Sequence record: MF158040
Reading direction: 5' to 3' (one strand)
Length of the DNA: 64,000 bases
Origin: Shigella phage Sf13
Shown here: piece by piece, positions 34,924 to 45,099 of the stretch
How the letters are laid out: each line of letters starts with the position of its first letter
Position numbering within the stretch: the stretch's first letter is position 1
Made by a program: the position numbers and the translations under genes
The notes under the pieces: model-generated
The model's input: only the letters and a program-made list of their open reading frames with translations
What the model was told of the DNA's origin: nothing
Databases searched by the model: none

Positions 34924-35980
34924 TCATAACTGGCTCCCAATTGTATTTTTTAAACGTAAAATCATCTTTAGGATTTCGTTCTTGATAAGCAATCCAGAAG
35001 TGCTGCTCCATTAGTTCTAGTGGAGTTCTTGTCACAATCTGACCATCCCACGATTCATAAGTATATGACTCTTTCTTAGCATAAAGTTCATAGATTGCGT
35101 CTAAGCACTCTTTGTAGGTAGTTTTACCTTCCAGTGCATTCATCACTGCAACCTTACCAGCACCTTTTAAACCAAAGTAGTTGTCTGCATTATCACCTGC
35201 TACAGCTTGATAGCAGAGGAATTTAAAACCTACTCCGACTGTCTTCTTAGCTTTAGGTTTAGATTTGATAGGACAATCCCAAATCTCACCAACGTTATTA
35301 TCTGCAATGAAAATTAATGGAGCTTTCTCATAAGTCATATCAATACAGTAAGTTCCTTCAGCTTGACGAAGGTCTTTATCAATACTCATCAGAGCAGCTT
35401 TTTTACCCATCTTCTCAGCTTTTGCAATAACGATAGAGTCTGCTTCGAAGCCCCCTTTTAGGAGCTTAAACTCTGGTCGTGACAGAAGATACTCACGACA
35501 AGCAACTAGGTGTGTAGGTGTTACAGCTTCTTTTCTGTTACCTTGGTATTGGTGTTCAAGACCTTTGATATCCTTGTGTTTGTGAACACCTTTCTCAGTA
35601 AGGTAACCCATCCATTTTCGCTCTTTACCAACGACTTTCAACCACTCCTGAAGAACTTGCTGTGTAGCCATAATTGCTTCAGCTTCACTCTTAGCCTCCT
35701 TCCAAGTCTGTCTTTCCCATTCATCTTCATCAAAGTCAAGTCCTAACTCTTCAGTTAAAACTCTTTGGTCAGACAGCCATTGTGCTGCCAGTTTTGCACT
35801 ATCAAAAGCGTCGGATTCTTCAGCAGTGATTTTATTCACATACTTGTACTTTGCTTTTTCAACTACACAAGCACCTTTGTAAGCAATGCTATCAGAGTCA
35901 ATAAAGACGTGTGTAACGCTCTCTGGGAGCTTTGTTAAGGTGTATTGTTCCATTGTACTCTCCATACGAAAAAGCCCCAT
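34913..35980 (-). CDS. 5'-3' exonuclease / flap endonuclease (RNase H-like)
   Basis: HVFIDSDSIAY (PIN-like N-terminal), FEADSIVIA...SIDKDLRQ acidic motifs, and H3TH-like AGDNADNYFGLKGAGKVA. Confidence 0.55.
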   Translation of the reverse strand: MGLFRMESTMEQYTLTKLPESVTHVFIDSDSIAYKGACVVEKAKYKYVNKITAEESDAFDSAKLAAQWLSDQRVLTEELGLDFDEDEWERQTWKEAKSEAEAIMATQQVLQEWLKVVGKERKWMGYLTEKGVHKHKDIKGLEHQYQGNRKEAVTPTHLVACREYLLSRPEFKLLKGGFEADSIVIAKAEKMGKKAALMSIDKDLRQAEGTYCIDMTYEKAPLIFIADNNVGEIWDCPIKSKPKAKKTVGVGFKFLCYQAVAGDNADNYFGLKGAGKVAVMNALEGKTTYKECLDAIYELYAKKESYTYESWDGQIVTRTPLELMEQHFWIAYQERNPKDDFTFKKYNWEPVMNED

Positions 35981-36015
35981 ACGTCTGTACAGGGCTTTGT
36001 AGTAGTTACTGACTA

Positions 36016-36876
36016 TTACTCGTCGTCAGTTTCGAAATCATCTTCGTCGTCATCATCTGGGTTTGGCAGGTCGTCGTCATCGTCATCACCACCTTTACCT
36101 TCATCACCAGAATCTTTTGCATCTTCTTCAGTGATTTCACCGTTGTCTTCAACACCTGCAAGGCCAAGCATTGCCAGTTCATCTTCATCCAGTTCAGTCT
36201 CAGTAGCACCACCAGTACCACCAGTGTAAGGAACCAGAGTATCAATGATAAATTGTTCCTGAATTGGCTTAGTCAGAACGTTACCTTCAAATGTGTAGAA
36301 GTGAGTCGCCAGAATCACACTACCAAATGAACCGTTACCAACTGCAATATCTGGATGAATTACATCGTAAGTCTTATCATCATCGTGCTTATCAGATTTT
36401 GCTGCCTTGATTTTCTTCATAGGCTGCTTAACTGCAACACGCTTACCGTTGATTTCTTCAACCAGCATTACAGGGAAACTCTGTTTTGCTGACCACACAG
36501 CACCGTCTTTATATGCTGCTGAACGGCTAACCTTCAGGATGTGATAGGTGTCAGCTTCAAACGGAGGCTCACAACCAAACTTCTCTTCGAAGTCGTCTGC
36601 ATCAACAGCCTCTGTAGTAACTTTATCCCAACCTTCAGGACTCTTTTTAGACTTGGTGAACTCTTTAAAGAGCTTGTTACCATCTTTTGCCAGAATTGAA
36701 ACGCTGTAGTTACAATCTTTGCCCGGAAAATGCTTATCCACAGATTTACCCTTTTGAGGACGTGGAATAGTGTTCAGGTAATAGAACCAAACATCTTTCA
36801 GCAGGTAACGCAGAGTCTCACGTTCTTGACCATTGTACTTCTCTACCGGAGCTTTCATTTTAACAACTTTAGACAT
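36016..36876 (-). CDS. single-stranded DNA-binding protein (putative)
   Basis: 286 aa with strongly acidic C-terminal tail (GGDDDDDDLPNPDDDDEDDFETDDE); position between nuclease and primase. Confidence 0.5.
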   Translation of the reverse strand: MSKVVKMKAPVEKYNGQERETLRYLLKDVWFYYLNTIPRPQKGKSVDKHFPGKDCNYSVSILAKDGNKLFKEFTKSKKSPEGWDKVTTEAVDADDFEEKFGCEPPFEADTYHILKVSRSAAYKDGAVWSAKQSFPVMLVEEINGKRVAVKQPMKKIKAAKSDKHDDDKTYDVIHPDIAVGNGSFGSVILATHFYTFEGNVLTKPIQEQFIIDTLVPYTGGTGGATETELDEDELAMLGLAGVEDNGEITEEDAKDSGDEGKGGDDDDDDLPNPDDDDEDDFETDDE

Positions 36877-36961
36877 TTTAATACCTCTTTCTCAAATTAA
36901 CTTTCAACTCAACTATCAAGGAGTACAATCTTACAGACTTCGTACTCCCTTGTCAAACACT

Positions 36962-37099
36962 TTAAGCAGATTTCTTAGCTGCTTTACGAGCCGTCTTACC
37001 CATGCGAACTCGCTTCTGTACATAGTATTCAGCAGGTTTACCAGCAGTTGCTTTCATAGAATCGCCAAATACTTTCTCGAATGCTTTAGAATGTTTCAT
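36962..37099 (-). CDS. small basic protein (45 aa, below ORF-track cutoff)
   Basis: Read by eye: MKHSKAFEKVFGDSMKATAGKPAEYYVQKRVRMGKTARKAAKKSA; start overlaps upstream stop (ATGA); coordinates +/-1. Confidence 0.3.
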   Translation of the reverse strand: MKHSKAFEKVFGDSMKATAGKPAEYYVQKRVRMGKTARKAAKKSA

Positions 37100-37377
37100 G
37101 AATCTCTCCGATATATTTCATATTCAAAATGTTTATTAGTCAAGGTAAAGATGTAAACTGTAGATAAACCATCAATCGCTAATGCAAACTGCTCAACATT
37201 ATCTTTTGATAAGTGCTCAAACTTTACTTCATGTCCCTTGTTGATGAGTACTTTACCGAACTGCTCTACCTTAGTCAAGCACTCTTTTACAAAATTTTTT
37301 CTACTTTCTTCTGAATAGAAGGGTTCAAAACCCTCCTTCAGATAACTATCAATCAGTTTCGAACGGACAGTCATCAT
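37096..37377 (-). CDS. hypothetical protein
   Basis: 93 aa ORF; overlaps the primase-helicase 3' end by 29 nt. Confidence 0.45.
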   Translation of the reverse strand: MMTVRSKLIDSYLKEGFEPFYSEESRKNFVKECLTKVEQFGKVLINKGHEVKFEHLSKDNVEQFALAIDGLSTVYIFTLTNKHFEYEIYRRDS

Positions 37378-39340
37378 TATCCTCGTTAATCACAGGTGGA
37401 ATGGTGGAGCTTTCACGTTGTTCTTGTGTGTAAATCTCTCCAGATTCACGGTCAAAATCAACATCTTCATAGTGTGGCATAGAGTCATCATAATGGTCTT
37501 CAGCCTCACCAATACCGAACTGCTGACGAATATTCTCTGCTGCACCATCAATATCAACACCACATCCAGCAGCCTTTACAAGACGACCTGTATCTGGATT
37601 GTACCAAGTGTGACCAGCAATACCAGTTGATTTACCATGACGACGACATTTCGTTAACTTGATTTTTGTCAAGTTCTTTTTAACAGGGTCTGGGTCAACC
37701 TTGTTACGCATAAGTAAAATGTTGTTCATGGAAATCTGGAAGTATGCACCAGAACCCTTGATATCTTCTTCAGAAATATCACCACCTTCCGAGTTGGCCT
37801 TTTGACCACCTGCACTCTTACGAACGTGACACACGTTTACCTGAGCATACTGATAACGCTTACAGCGACGAAGTAACTCAGACAGAACTTCTTCTTCATC
37901 TGTATCAGAGCGTGACAGCGCCAATGTAATAGGGTCAAGAATGATAATCTTACAATCAAGGCTGTTAACCAGATAGTCAACAAACTCCAGCAGGTTATCT
38001 TGGTCAATTGCCCCTTGGTGGTCTACGATGTGAATACGACGACCTTTTGATAACTCAGCATGTGCAACCTTAATCTCATCCCAATTACGCTCATCGTAAG
38101 GAATCTCTGAAATCTGCTTACTAAGATGGATTGCACAGAGCATTTCCATAAGTTCTTCGTAAGTATCCTCTACAGGAATCACACCAATGTTGTACTCAGT
38201 ATCTTTCCATGCTTTGTAAATCATTTCACGAGTATACGCAGACTTACCTACAGATGAAGGTGCAGCAAGGGTTGTAATCTCACCTAAACCATACCCGCCA
38301 TAAGTCAGCTTATTCAAATCCCCGAAAGAATCTGGGAAAGGAATTAAAGGAATCTGACCACGGTTCTTCATAGCATCGAAACCGTCTGCAAAGTTCTTGA
38401 TACCAGCAGGGCAGTAACGAGGTGCATTGTAGATTCGTTGTTTAAATCCTTCTAAGACTGTATCTTTGTCTTTGAAGAACTTAGTCCACCACTCACTAAG
38501 GTCTTTAATACCTTCAGGATACTGGAACAGTCTTACTTTTTCAATAGGTAAGATACCAGCAGCTTCCTTAGTTGCTTTAGCCCCTGCTTCATCATTATCA
38601 AAGCATAGGTAAATCTCATCAAAGGAAGTAATATACTGATAGTTCTCTTTGATAGACTTAACATTAGCACCGGATGGTACAGAAACGTGGCAGTAATTCT
38701 TACGTCTAGACTTATCTTTAATTGCTAAAGAAGTCATGTAGATTGCTGTGGCACACTCCATCTCACCTTCCCAGATGAAAAGACGGTTACCACCTTCTGG
38801 AGCAATCCATGAACCGAACATAGCCAGTTCACCTTTAATATCTCCGACACCACCAGAAAAATCTTTCAACTTCCCACGTAAGTGCTCTTTGTGATAGTCA
38901 TCTGGATATTTGTGACGAACACGATAACCTACATGTTGCAACTTACCATCTTCATCTTTTTTGTATGTTGGATAGAAGTGCGCATCAATGTCACCGTTAT
39001 CATCAATATCAACTTTAATACCAAGGCGCTCAAGGACTTTTGCAGGAATCTTCCTGTCTTTTAAATCCATTGCTTCTAAGTTTTCTTTCACATCATCCAA
39101 ATCCATACCACGAAATGTACGGTTTTTATTCTCTGAACCTGAAGTATGAGTACTCACAATCTGCCCTTTATCAAAATCCCACTCTGGAAAACCTTTTCCA
39201 CAACTGAAACATGTCATTGAATATGAACCGTCATCATGACGATATATAGAACCTGCATCTGAAGATAAACATTGAGGGCGTGGACATGCACAGTGACCTA
39301 CAAATGTTCCAGCATCTTTCAGTTTTCTCTGTTTAGCCAT
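37349..39340 (-). CDS. DNA primase-helicase (T7 gp4-like bifunctional)
   Basis: N-terminal Cys zinc motif (CACPRPQC...CFSCGK), central toprim-like region, C-terminal DnaB-like helicase with Walker A GLGEITTLAAPSSVGKS. Confidence 0.7.
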   Translation of the reverse strand: MAKQRKLKDAGTFVGHCACPRPQCLSSDAGSIYRHDDGSYSMTCFSCGKGFPEWDFDKGQIVSTHTSGSENKNRTFRGMDLDDVKENLEAMDLKDRKIPAKVLERLGIKVDIDDNGDIDAHFYPTYKKDEDGKLQHVGYRVRHKYPDDYHKEHLRGKLKDFSGGVGDIKGELAMFGSWIAPEGGNRLFIWEGEMECATAIYMTSLAIKDKSRRKNYCHVSVPSGANVKSIKENYQYITSFDEIYLCFDNDEAGAKATKEAAGILPIEKVRLFQYPEGIKDLSEWWTKFFKDKDTVLEGFKQRIYNAPRYCPAGIKNFADGFDAMKNRGQIPLIPFPDSFGDLNKLTYGGYGLGEITTLAAPSSVGKSAYTREMIYKAWKDTEYNIGVIPVEDTYEELMEMLCAIHLSKQISEIPYDERNWDEIKVAHAELSKGRRIHIVDHQGAIDQDNLLEFVDYLVNSLDCKIIILDPITLALSRSDTDEEEVLSELLRRCKRYQYAQVNVCHVRKSAGGQKANSEGGDISEEDIKGSGAYFQISMNNILLMRNKVDPDPVKKNLTKIKLTKCRRHGKSTGIAGHTWYNPDTGRLVKAAGCGVDIDGAAENIRQQFGIGEAEDHYDDSMPHYEDVDFDRESGEIYTQEQRESSTIPPVINEDNDDCPFETD

Positions 39341-39533
39341 TCACACCTCTTCGTTGTAGTTCTGCCTTAAGACCGTTTTCAATCTTGTCAAGCTCATGGA
39401 TTTCTTCTGCAATCTCTTTCCTTCTTGAAGCGACCCTTTCAAGTCGCTCCATCATAACTTCTTTGGAAAGAGATGAGAGTTCCACTGTACGGTGGTCAAT
39501 TACTTTAAAGTTATTCTCTCTCATCTTCAACAC
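39333..39533 (-). CDS. hypothetical coiled-coil protein
   Basis: 66 aa ORF; ATG start. Confidence 0.45.
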   Translation of the reverse strand: MLKMRENNFKVIDHRTVELSSLSKEVMMERLERVASRRKEIAEEIHELDKIENGLKAELQRRGVNG

Positions 39534-39536
39534 CTT

Positions 39537-40307
39537 TTACAGATTGATAATGGTTTTAAGTTTGCTCTCTAATTCTTCCATCGTTCCATTATTCTGGATA
39601 ATATCACGAGAGAAGTTAGTGGAGATACCACGTTCAGAACTATGGGAAGCAACCTGAATAGCATCTTTTCTTGTAATCTCAATTATCTGGCTATCATAGC
39701 TTTGAAGGAACTCAGCTTCAATATCAAACCTTAAATCACATATCAGTGCAATACCTATGTGACTTTTCTTAACGCAATCTCCATAGAATTTTTCAATACG
39801 TTCTGCCAAATCTGTAATCCAGAAACGCTCTCCAAGAATTTTACGGATAACCTCACTACCCCATACTTGCTGTATTTGTCTTGAGGAAATCATATATTCA
39901 TTTTTCAAACCAAGCTTTGTACGCAATGTAGGTTTACCAACTTTCTTTAGCTCTTTGATAAGCCTGTCTGTGATTTCCCCACAAAGTTTTGCATCATCTT
40001 GTATGCCTTTGCTTTTCATGTTTATATTGAAAGCCCATGCCACACGGGAGTTAAGATTGTCAAAATCTAAGCTAAACTTTTTAGGTGTTTCTTTCGTATC
40101 ACCATATAGGTCTTGCCAGTTCAAGTCAAAGATAAATCCGGCAGTTGCTTTTAAGTTATCGGCAAACGCAAACACTTTAACAGTGTATCCAGCCTCATCC
40201 AATAGATTTTTTACAATACTGCAAGACGTATCCTTTCCAGAACGAGCTTTTCCAGTAAATGCAATAACACTTTTCATATCAGTCACTCCATAATAAAAAG
40301 CCCCCAA
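39537..40307 (-). CDS. deoxynucleoside monophosphate kinase-like P-loop protein
   Basis: P-loop IAFTGKARSGKDT near the N-terminus, resembling T4 gp1 (SGKDT); 256 aa. Confidence 0.5.
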   Translation of the reverse strand: MGAFYYGVTDMKSVIAFTGKARSGKDTSCSIVKNLLDEAGYTVKVFAFADNLKATAGFIFDLNWQDLYGDTKETPKKFSLDFDNLNSRVAWAFNINMKSKGIQDDAKLCGEITDRLIKELKKVGKPTLRTKLGLKNEYMISSRQIQQVWGSEVIRKILGERFWITDLAERIEKFYGDCVKKSHIGIALICDLRFDIEAEFLQSYDSQIIEITRKDAIQVASHSSERGISTNFSRDIIQNNGTMEELESKLKTIINL

Positions 40308-40334
40308 TTAAGGAGGCTTAAGGGTATGCCACAA

Positions 40335-41129
40335 TTATTGTAGTTTAGAACCAGTGAGTTCACGCTCAGACATTGCTTCTAACTGCTGAACAAACTCTTC
40401 ACCGAAGTTGATTGCAATCTTGGTGCTAAGGACTGCTGCACCAGTTTGACTGAATACATCCCCGAGTGCTGCTGTATGAGCACCTTGTGAAATGCTCTCT
40501 ACAAAGCTTGGGTCAGACTCTAACATTTTTGACACTTCAAGTAAAGCATGGATACCCATGATGCTAAAGATAGCATTTAACAGTGAAGTTACCTTAACCT
40601 GAATAGGGTCTAAAGAGAGACCATTAGTAATCTCTGACAGCTTATTCATTGTCTCATCAGCATACTGAATTGCCTTGTTAGATACTTCATCAAAGCCCCA
40701 ATCCAGTTTTGCATAACGTGGTGACTTATCATTCATACGCTTCTCTAGTGATGCCATTACAGCAGCAACTGGTGTACAAATAGCTTTCAGAAGTTCTTCA
40801 TCACTCATGTTATCAAGCTCTTTAATACCCTGCTCAGTAATCTGGATGTATCCACCTGAATACATTTCATCAAAGATATATGTTGCAAAAGCATCAACAC
40901 CAATGAGGATGGTTTTCAGAGCATCAGTCTTATTAGACAGCAGGTATTCGACCTCTTTACGGAAATCTTCGTCATTCTCTACAGCGTTTTTTACAACACG
41001 CAGAGATTCAGGGATAAATTTTCCTGACAGTGAGTTGCTACGCATAATGATAGCAAGAGTCTCAACAGTGTTCAGCATGAATGCTTCGTCAATACCTTTT
41101 TCTTCCAGAATCTCATTTACAGTCTTCAT
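40335..41129 (-). CDS. hypothetical protein
   Basis: 264 aa ORF; ATG start. Confidence 0.5.
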   Translation of the reverse strand: MKTVNEILEEKGIDEAFMLNTVETLAIIMRSNSLSGKFIPESLRVVKNAVENDEDFRKEVEYLLSNKTDALKTILIGVDAFATYIFDEMYSGGYIQITEQGIKELDNMSDEELLKAICTPVAAVMASLEKRMNDKSPRYAKLDWGFDEVSNKAIQYADETMNKLSEITNGLSLDPIQVKVTSLLNAIFSIMGIHALLEVSKMLESDPSFVESISQGAHTAALGDVFSQTGAAVLSTKIAINFGEEFVQQLEAMSERELTGSKLQ

Positions 41130-41553
41130 CTTTAATCTCTCTCATTTTGTTAATAGTAAGTCGTGATAATCTTAAGCTTTCTTGTGAAGAGAAGTCAAGT
41201 CCTTTTTCAGACCTTGGGAAGTAATGCCTATCCCAAGTACTCTCTGCATCTTGAAGAAGTGTTGCTAGACTAACTAAGTCTGTTCCGTTTTGCAACTTCT
41301 TTTTTAAGGTGTCTATCAAAAATGTTGTATCTTTTGCTTTACGCCTCTCAGAAGAAATCTCCTTCATATGCTCAAAGACTGAGCACTTCATTTCTTCGTC
41401 ATATCCTTCAGACAACTCTATCTCGTGCTGAACATCAACCATACGACGATGTTGATAAGCGTACTCCTTCTGTGATTCTAAGTCAAGCTTTTCGATTTTC
41501 TCTAGAGCCTCAATGAAATTCAAGATATCTGGGTGAACGTACATCCTCTGCAT
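41113..41553 (-). CDS. hypothetical protein
   Basis: 146 aa ORF; first gene of the leftward unit from the divergent region. Confidence 0.5.
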   Translation of the reverse strand: MQRMYVHPDILNFIEALEKIEKLDLESQKEYAYQHRRMVDVQHEIELSEGYDEEMKCSVFEHMKEISSERRKAKDTTFLIDTLKKKLQNGTDLVSLATLLQDAESTWDRHYFPRSEKGLDFSSQESLRLSRLTINKMREIKDEDCK

Positions 41554-41811
41554 GATTGCCTCTGTTAAGTTTCTATAAAGAGTTTAATCTCTTATCTTTA
41601 CGTATTCTATACGTATACTTTAAAGCTTTTAAAAGGCTATTAAAAGTCTTTTAAGGGTTTTAAAGAATCTGTATAGTAAGTCTGTAAAGGGAGTCTATTA
41701 AGATAAAACCCACTTCGCAAAGATTAACACCTTGTCAAGTGCTTTGTCAACTTGCTTTTTCAAAAAAAGTAGAGTAGTGTATTAACCAGACTGATTTGAG
41801 AGGGAGTTAAA
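41554..41811. promoter_or_regulatory. divergent intergenic control region
   Basis: 258 bp AT-rich spacer between divergent genes; repeated (C)TTTAAAG/CTATAAAG motifs, TTGTCAA boxes, GAGGGAG Shine-Dalgarno before the polymerase ATG. Confidence 0.45.
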
Positions 41812-44511
41812 ATGGAAAATGTAGATTTTGAAAACTTGCATTTAGTTGGTGATACAGAAACTGATGGGTTGTTGCTTGAGTTCACAAAAGCTCACGTTAT
41901 GGCCTTTGCAGATTACAAAGATGACAGTGACGAACCTCCTGTTTGGGTATTCACTGATGAACCTATCCTTGGTCACAAGTATACCAAATACATTAAAGGT
42001 GGCTTACGAGAAGGGGTTGAGTTTGCTTTAAAGGCAAAAAGACTTTGCATCCACAATGGTCTGGGTTATGACTGGTGGGTGTTTAACCACATTGCACCTG
42101 ATTTATGGAACTTTGATAATCCAAAGTGTAAACCTTGGGGTGATTTCTTCCAAGACTCACTTATTCAGTCTCGCGTTCAGTGGATGGATAGGCCAACACC
42201 AAAAGGCTACAAAGGTGCTCACGGATTGGCTGCGTGGGGTGCTCGTGTTGGTGTTCGTAAACCTGAGATTGAAGAGTGGGGTGTATGGAATGCAGAAATC
42301 CTTAACCGTGTTGTTGAAGATATCCGCATTAACGCCAAAGCAAAAAGGGCTATGGATAATGAGTATCTAAAACTGAAGAAGTGTGGTGTTGATACTTATG
42401 AAACATACATGAGAGCCAAGGAAACATCTTTTTGGATGAGTCAGCAAGCAATCAATGGTTGGAAAGCTGATATCAACAAAATGAAAAGTTGTATCAAAGA
42501 GTTGGATAAGATGACTTCTGACTTAGCTTCTGAGGTAGAACCATTCTTACCACCAACTATCAAAACAAAAGGTAAAGTTACTGGTGAAGAATTTGCCAAG
42601 TCATGGAATGAGTACGTAGAGACATTTGGTGGTGCAGATGGTTTGAAGAGAATCACAAAGTACCCTAAGACAAAATATCGTCAGCAGGTTCGTAATGGTG
42701 AGATGCAAAGTTACCCTATCAAGCCATATGGAAAACCAACTACAAAGATTTTCAGCATTGAAAAAAGAAATTGCTACACTCCAACTAACACCGTTACTGG
42801 AGAAGAGTACAAAGAAGGTTTTGTAGCGATGAAAGATGCTCGTGCAGTTTGCAATGAGTTAAATGCTAAAGTGGATAAGAAGTGCAAAGATTGGAAGCCA
42901 GTTAAGACAGTGAAGATTGTGAAGTACTACAACAACCATGTAGTTAATCACTTTGGTCTTGAATCAAGTCGATACACAGGATTGATTGATGCACCGTATA
43001 CACCTATTGAGTTTGAAGTGTCACGAATGACTCAGGTGGCTGTTGTTAAGGATTACTTGAAGACTTTAGGTTGGATTCCTGATGATTGGAATTACAAGAA
43101 GGATTCAGATGGTCGTCCTGTGAAAGTTTGTCGATTCAAAGATAACAAGAAAATGATTCGCAAGCACCCAAAATGGGATGAAATGGTTGAGCGTTGTGGA
43201 TTGAACTATGTTGAGCACGAAGGTATTCAGTACATTGAACATAACTGGTCTGTCAAAAAGTACACAGACTTGCTTGAACCTTGCTTGATTCGTACTTCAC
43301 CAAAACTGACTGAATCATCTTATGACACCATTGAAGGTGAACTTGGACAGAAGATTGCGAAGTACTATACTTTGATGCACCGACGCAGAACTATTGAGAA
43401 CTCAAAAGATGATGAAAAGGGCTGGTTGAACCAGATTCGTCCAGATGGTCGTTTGAGTGCTGGTGCAATGGTGTTTGGTACATCTACTGGACGTATGACG
43501 CAGTATGGTATTGTAAACGTACCTTCTGGTGCTGCCGTTTATGGGGAACCAATGAGGGCAGTTTGGATTTGTGAAGAAGGGACAAACGTAGTCTCTGTAG
43601 ATATGAACTCTGCACAGCTTGTTCTTCTTTGTAACTTTATGGGTGATAAGGATTTCACAAAGGCTGTAACTGAAGGTAAAGAAGAGATTGAGTTTGTTCG
43701 TCAAGAAGATGGTCGTTACTATTGCAAACACTTTGATGAATACTTGAACCCTGAAGTTGACAAGTATCTTCGTTATGACCACGAAAATGACCTGTATGTA
43801 GTTTACTCAGGTACTGATGCTCATACACTGAACAGCATCTACTTTAGTTTGAATGATGAGCAGGATATCTTGACTTGTCGTATGACTCAGGATGAAAATC
43901 TTCTTCACGAAATTAGTAAGGGTCGTAAGAAAGCTAAGAATGGTATCTATGCACTGTTGTTTGGTGCAGGTGATGAAAAGTTTGCTAAGACCATTAAAGC
44001 AGCTACCACTCAGGAAGGTGCATTAACTAAACAGACTTACTTTGTGCGTTTGCCGAAGATTAAGAAACTGTTAGACAACTTGGAAGCTGATTTCAAAGCA
44101 ACTAAGAAAGCACTTGAAGAGGTGTTTGGTAAAACTGCTGCAATCTCTAAAGGTGGTTTTGTGAAGGTTGCTGGAGCTTGGCTGTGGTGTAAGTCTCCAC
44201 ACAAGCTGTTAAATTACCTTTTGATGGGTTCAGAAAGTCAAGTCCAGAATGAAGCAATTAACCTTGCATGTCGTAGAGCATATGATGAAGGGTTGATGAA
44301 ACTAAATGGGCGTAAGCCAGCTATTGGAGCTAGACTTCTTCTGGCATACCACGACGAAAATAGTTGGGAATGTCCAGAAAGTATGACTCAAGAAGTTAAG
44401 GCTATTACTGACTGGATGTACGGACAAGCTTCTAAAAACCTTGGACTAAGGAAAGAAACCTTGGTAACAGGTACTGGTAAAGTTGGTAAGAGCTGGTTGG
44501 AAGTTCACTAA
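41812..44511 (+). CDS. DNA polymerase, family A, with 3'-5' exonuclease domain
   Basis: 899 aa; Exo I motif VGDTETDGL; motif B-like KGRKKAKNGIYALLFGAG; motif C-like LLAYHDENSWE. Confidence 0.8.
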   Translation: MENVDFENLHLVGDTETDGLLLEFTKAHVMAFADYKDDSDEPPVWVFTDEPILGHKYTKYIKGGLREGVEFALKAKRLCIHNGLGYDWWVFNHIAPDLWNFDNPKCKPWGDFFQDSLIQSRVQWMDRPTPKGYKGAHGLAAWGARVGVRKPEIEEWGVWNAEILNRVVEDIRINAKAKRAMDNEYLKLKKCGVDTYETYMRAKETSFWMSQQAINGWKADINKMKSCIKELDKMTSDLASEVEPFLPPTIKTKGKVTGEEFAKSWNEYVETFGGADGLKRITKYPKTKYRQQVRNGEMQSYPIKPYGKPTTKIFSIEKRNCYTPTNTVTGEEYKEGFVAMKDARAVCNELNAKVDKKCKDWKPVKTVKIVKYYNNHVVNHFGLESSRYTGLIDAPYTPIEFEVSRMTQVAVVKDYLKTLGWIPDDWNYKKDSDGRPVKVCRFKDNKKMIRKHPKWDEMVERCGLNYVEHEGIQYIEHNWSVKKYTDLLEPCLIRTSPKLTESSYDTIEGELGQKIAKYYTLMHRRRTIENSKDDEKGWLNQIRPDGRLSAGAMVFGTSTGRMTQYGIVNVPSGAAVYGEPMRAVWICEEGTNVVSVDMNSAQLVLLCNFMGDKDFTKAVTEGKEEIEFVRQEDGRYYCKHFDEYLNPEVDKYLRYDHENDLYVVYSGTDAHTLNSIYFSLNDEQDILTCRMTQDENLLHEISKGRKKAKNGIYALLFGAGDEKFAKTIKAATTQEGALTKQTYFVRLPKIKKLLDNLEADFKATKKALEEVFGKTAAISKGGFVKVAGAWLWCKSPHKLLNYLLMGSESQVQNEAINLACRRAYDEGLMKLNGRKPAIGARLLLAYHDENSWECPESMTQEVKAITDWMYGQASKNLGLRKETLVTGTGKVGKSWLEVH

Positions 44512-44520
44512 GGTGTTGAA

Positions 44521-45048
44521 ATGCTTACAAAAAATCGTTTAAAGGAGCTTTTAGAATATGACCCCGATACAGGGGTCTTTACTTGGTTACCAAGAGATGG
44601 GAATACACGTTCTGTTAAAGTTTTTAATAGTAGGTATGCAGGGAAAGTAGCTGGCAGCATTCAAGTAGACTCTTCAAAACACAAGCAGTTGGTTATCTAT
44701 GTTGACAAAAAGAGTTACAAAGCACACAGACTCGCATGGCTGTATATGTATGGTGAACTCCCAGATGGTATAGTTGACCACAAAAACGGAGACTCGCTGG
44801 ATAATAGGTTTGTTAATCTAAGACTTGTTGATGATTATCAAAGTGCATGGAATAAAGGTAAGTTACTGACAAACAAATCTGGATTCAAAGGGGTTTCCAG
44901 AAAGAAGAGAACTGGAAGGTGGGTTGCACAAATAAGCTACAAAGGTAAGAAGATACATATAGGAACTTATGACACACCTGAAGAAGCCCATGAAGCTTAC
45001 TGTGAAGCTGCTATAAAACTCCACGGGGATTTTGCAAAACTTAGTTGA
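44521..45048 (+). CDS. HNH homing endonuclease with AP2-type DNA-binding domain
   Basis: HNH motif DHKNGDSLDNRFVNLRLV; AP2-like GVSRKKRTGRWVAQISYKGKKIHIGTYDTPEEAHEAY; begins 10 nt after the polymerase stop. Confidence 0.6.
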   Translation: MLTKNRLKELLEYDPDTGVFTWLPRDGNTRSVKVFNSRYAGKVAGSIQVDSSKHKQLVIYVDKKSYKAHRLAWLYMYGELPDGIVDHKNGDSLDNRFVNLRLVDDYQSAWNKGKLLTNKSGFKGVSRKKRTGRWVAQISYKGKKIHIGTYDTPEEAHEAYCEAAIKLHGDFAKLS

Positions 45049-45099
45049 CAAGGTGCTCATGGAAGAGTACCTTATACTATATCTTATATAGGAGGTCAC

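Noticed and set aside
35945-36245. Ser-rich + strand ORF (35945..36229) and Val/Leu-rich minus ORF (36006..36245) over the SSB acidic tail
   Set aside because: Both are alternative-frame readings of the GAT/GAC-rich tract encoding the acidic SSB C-terminus; low-complexity artefacts.
41846-43782. Short ORFs on both strands inside the DNA polymerase gene
   Set aside because: Embedded in a 899 aa ORF with clear polymerase motifs; spurious.
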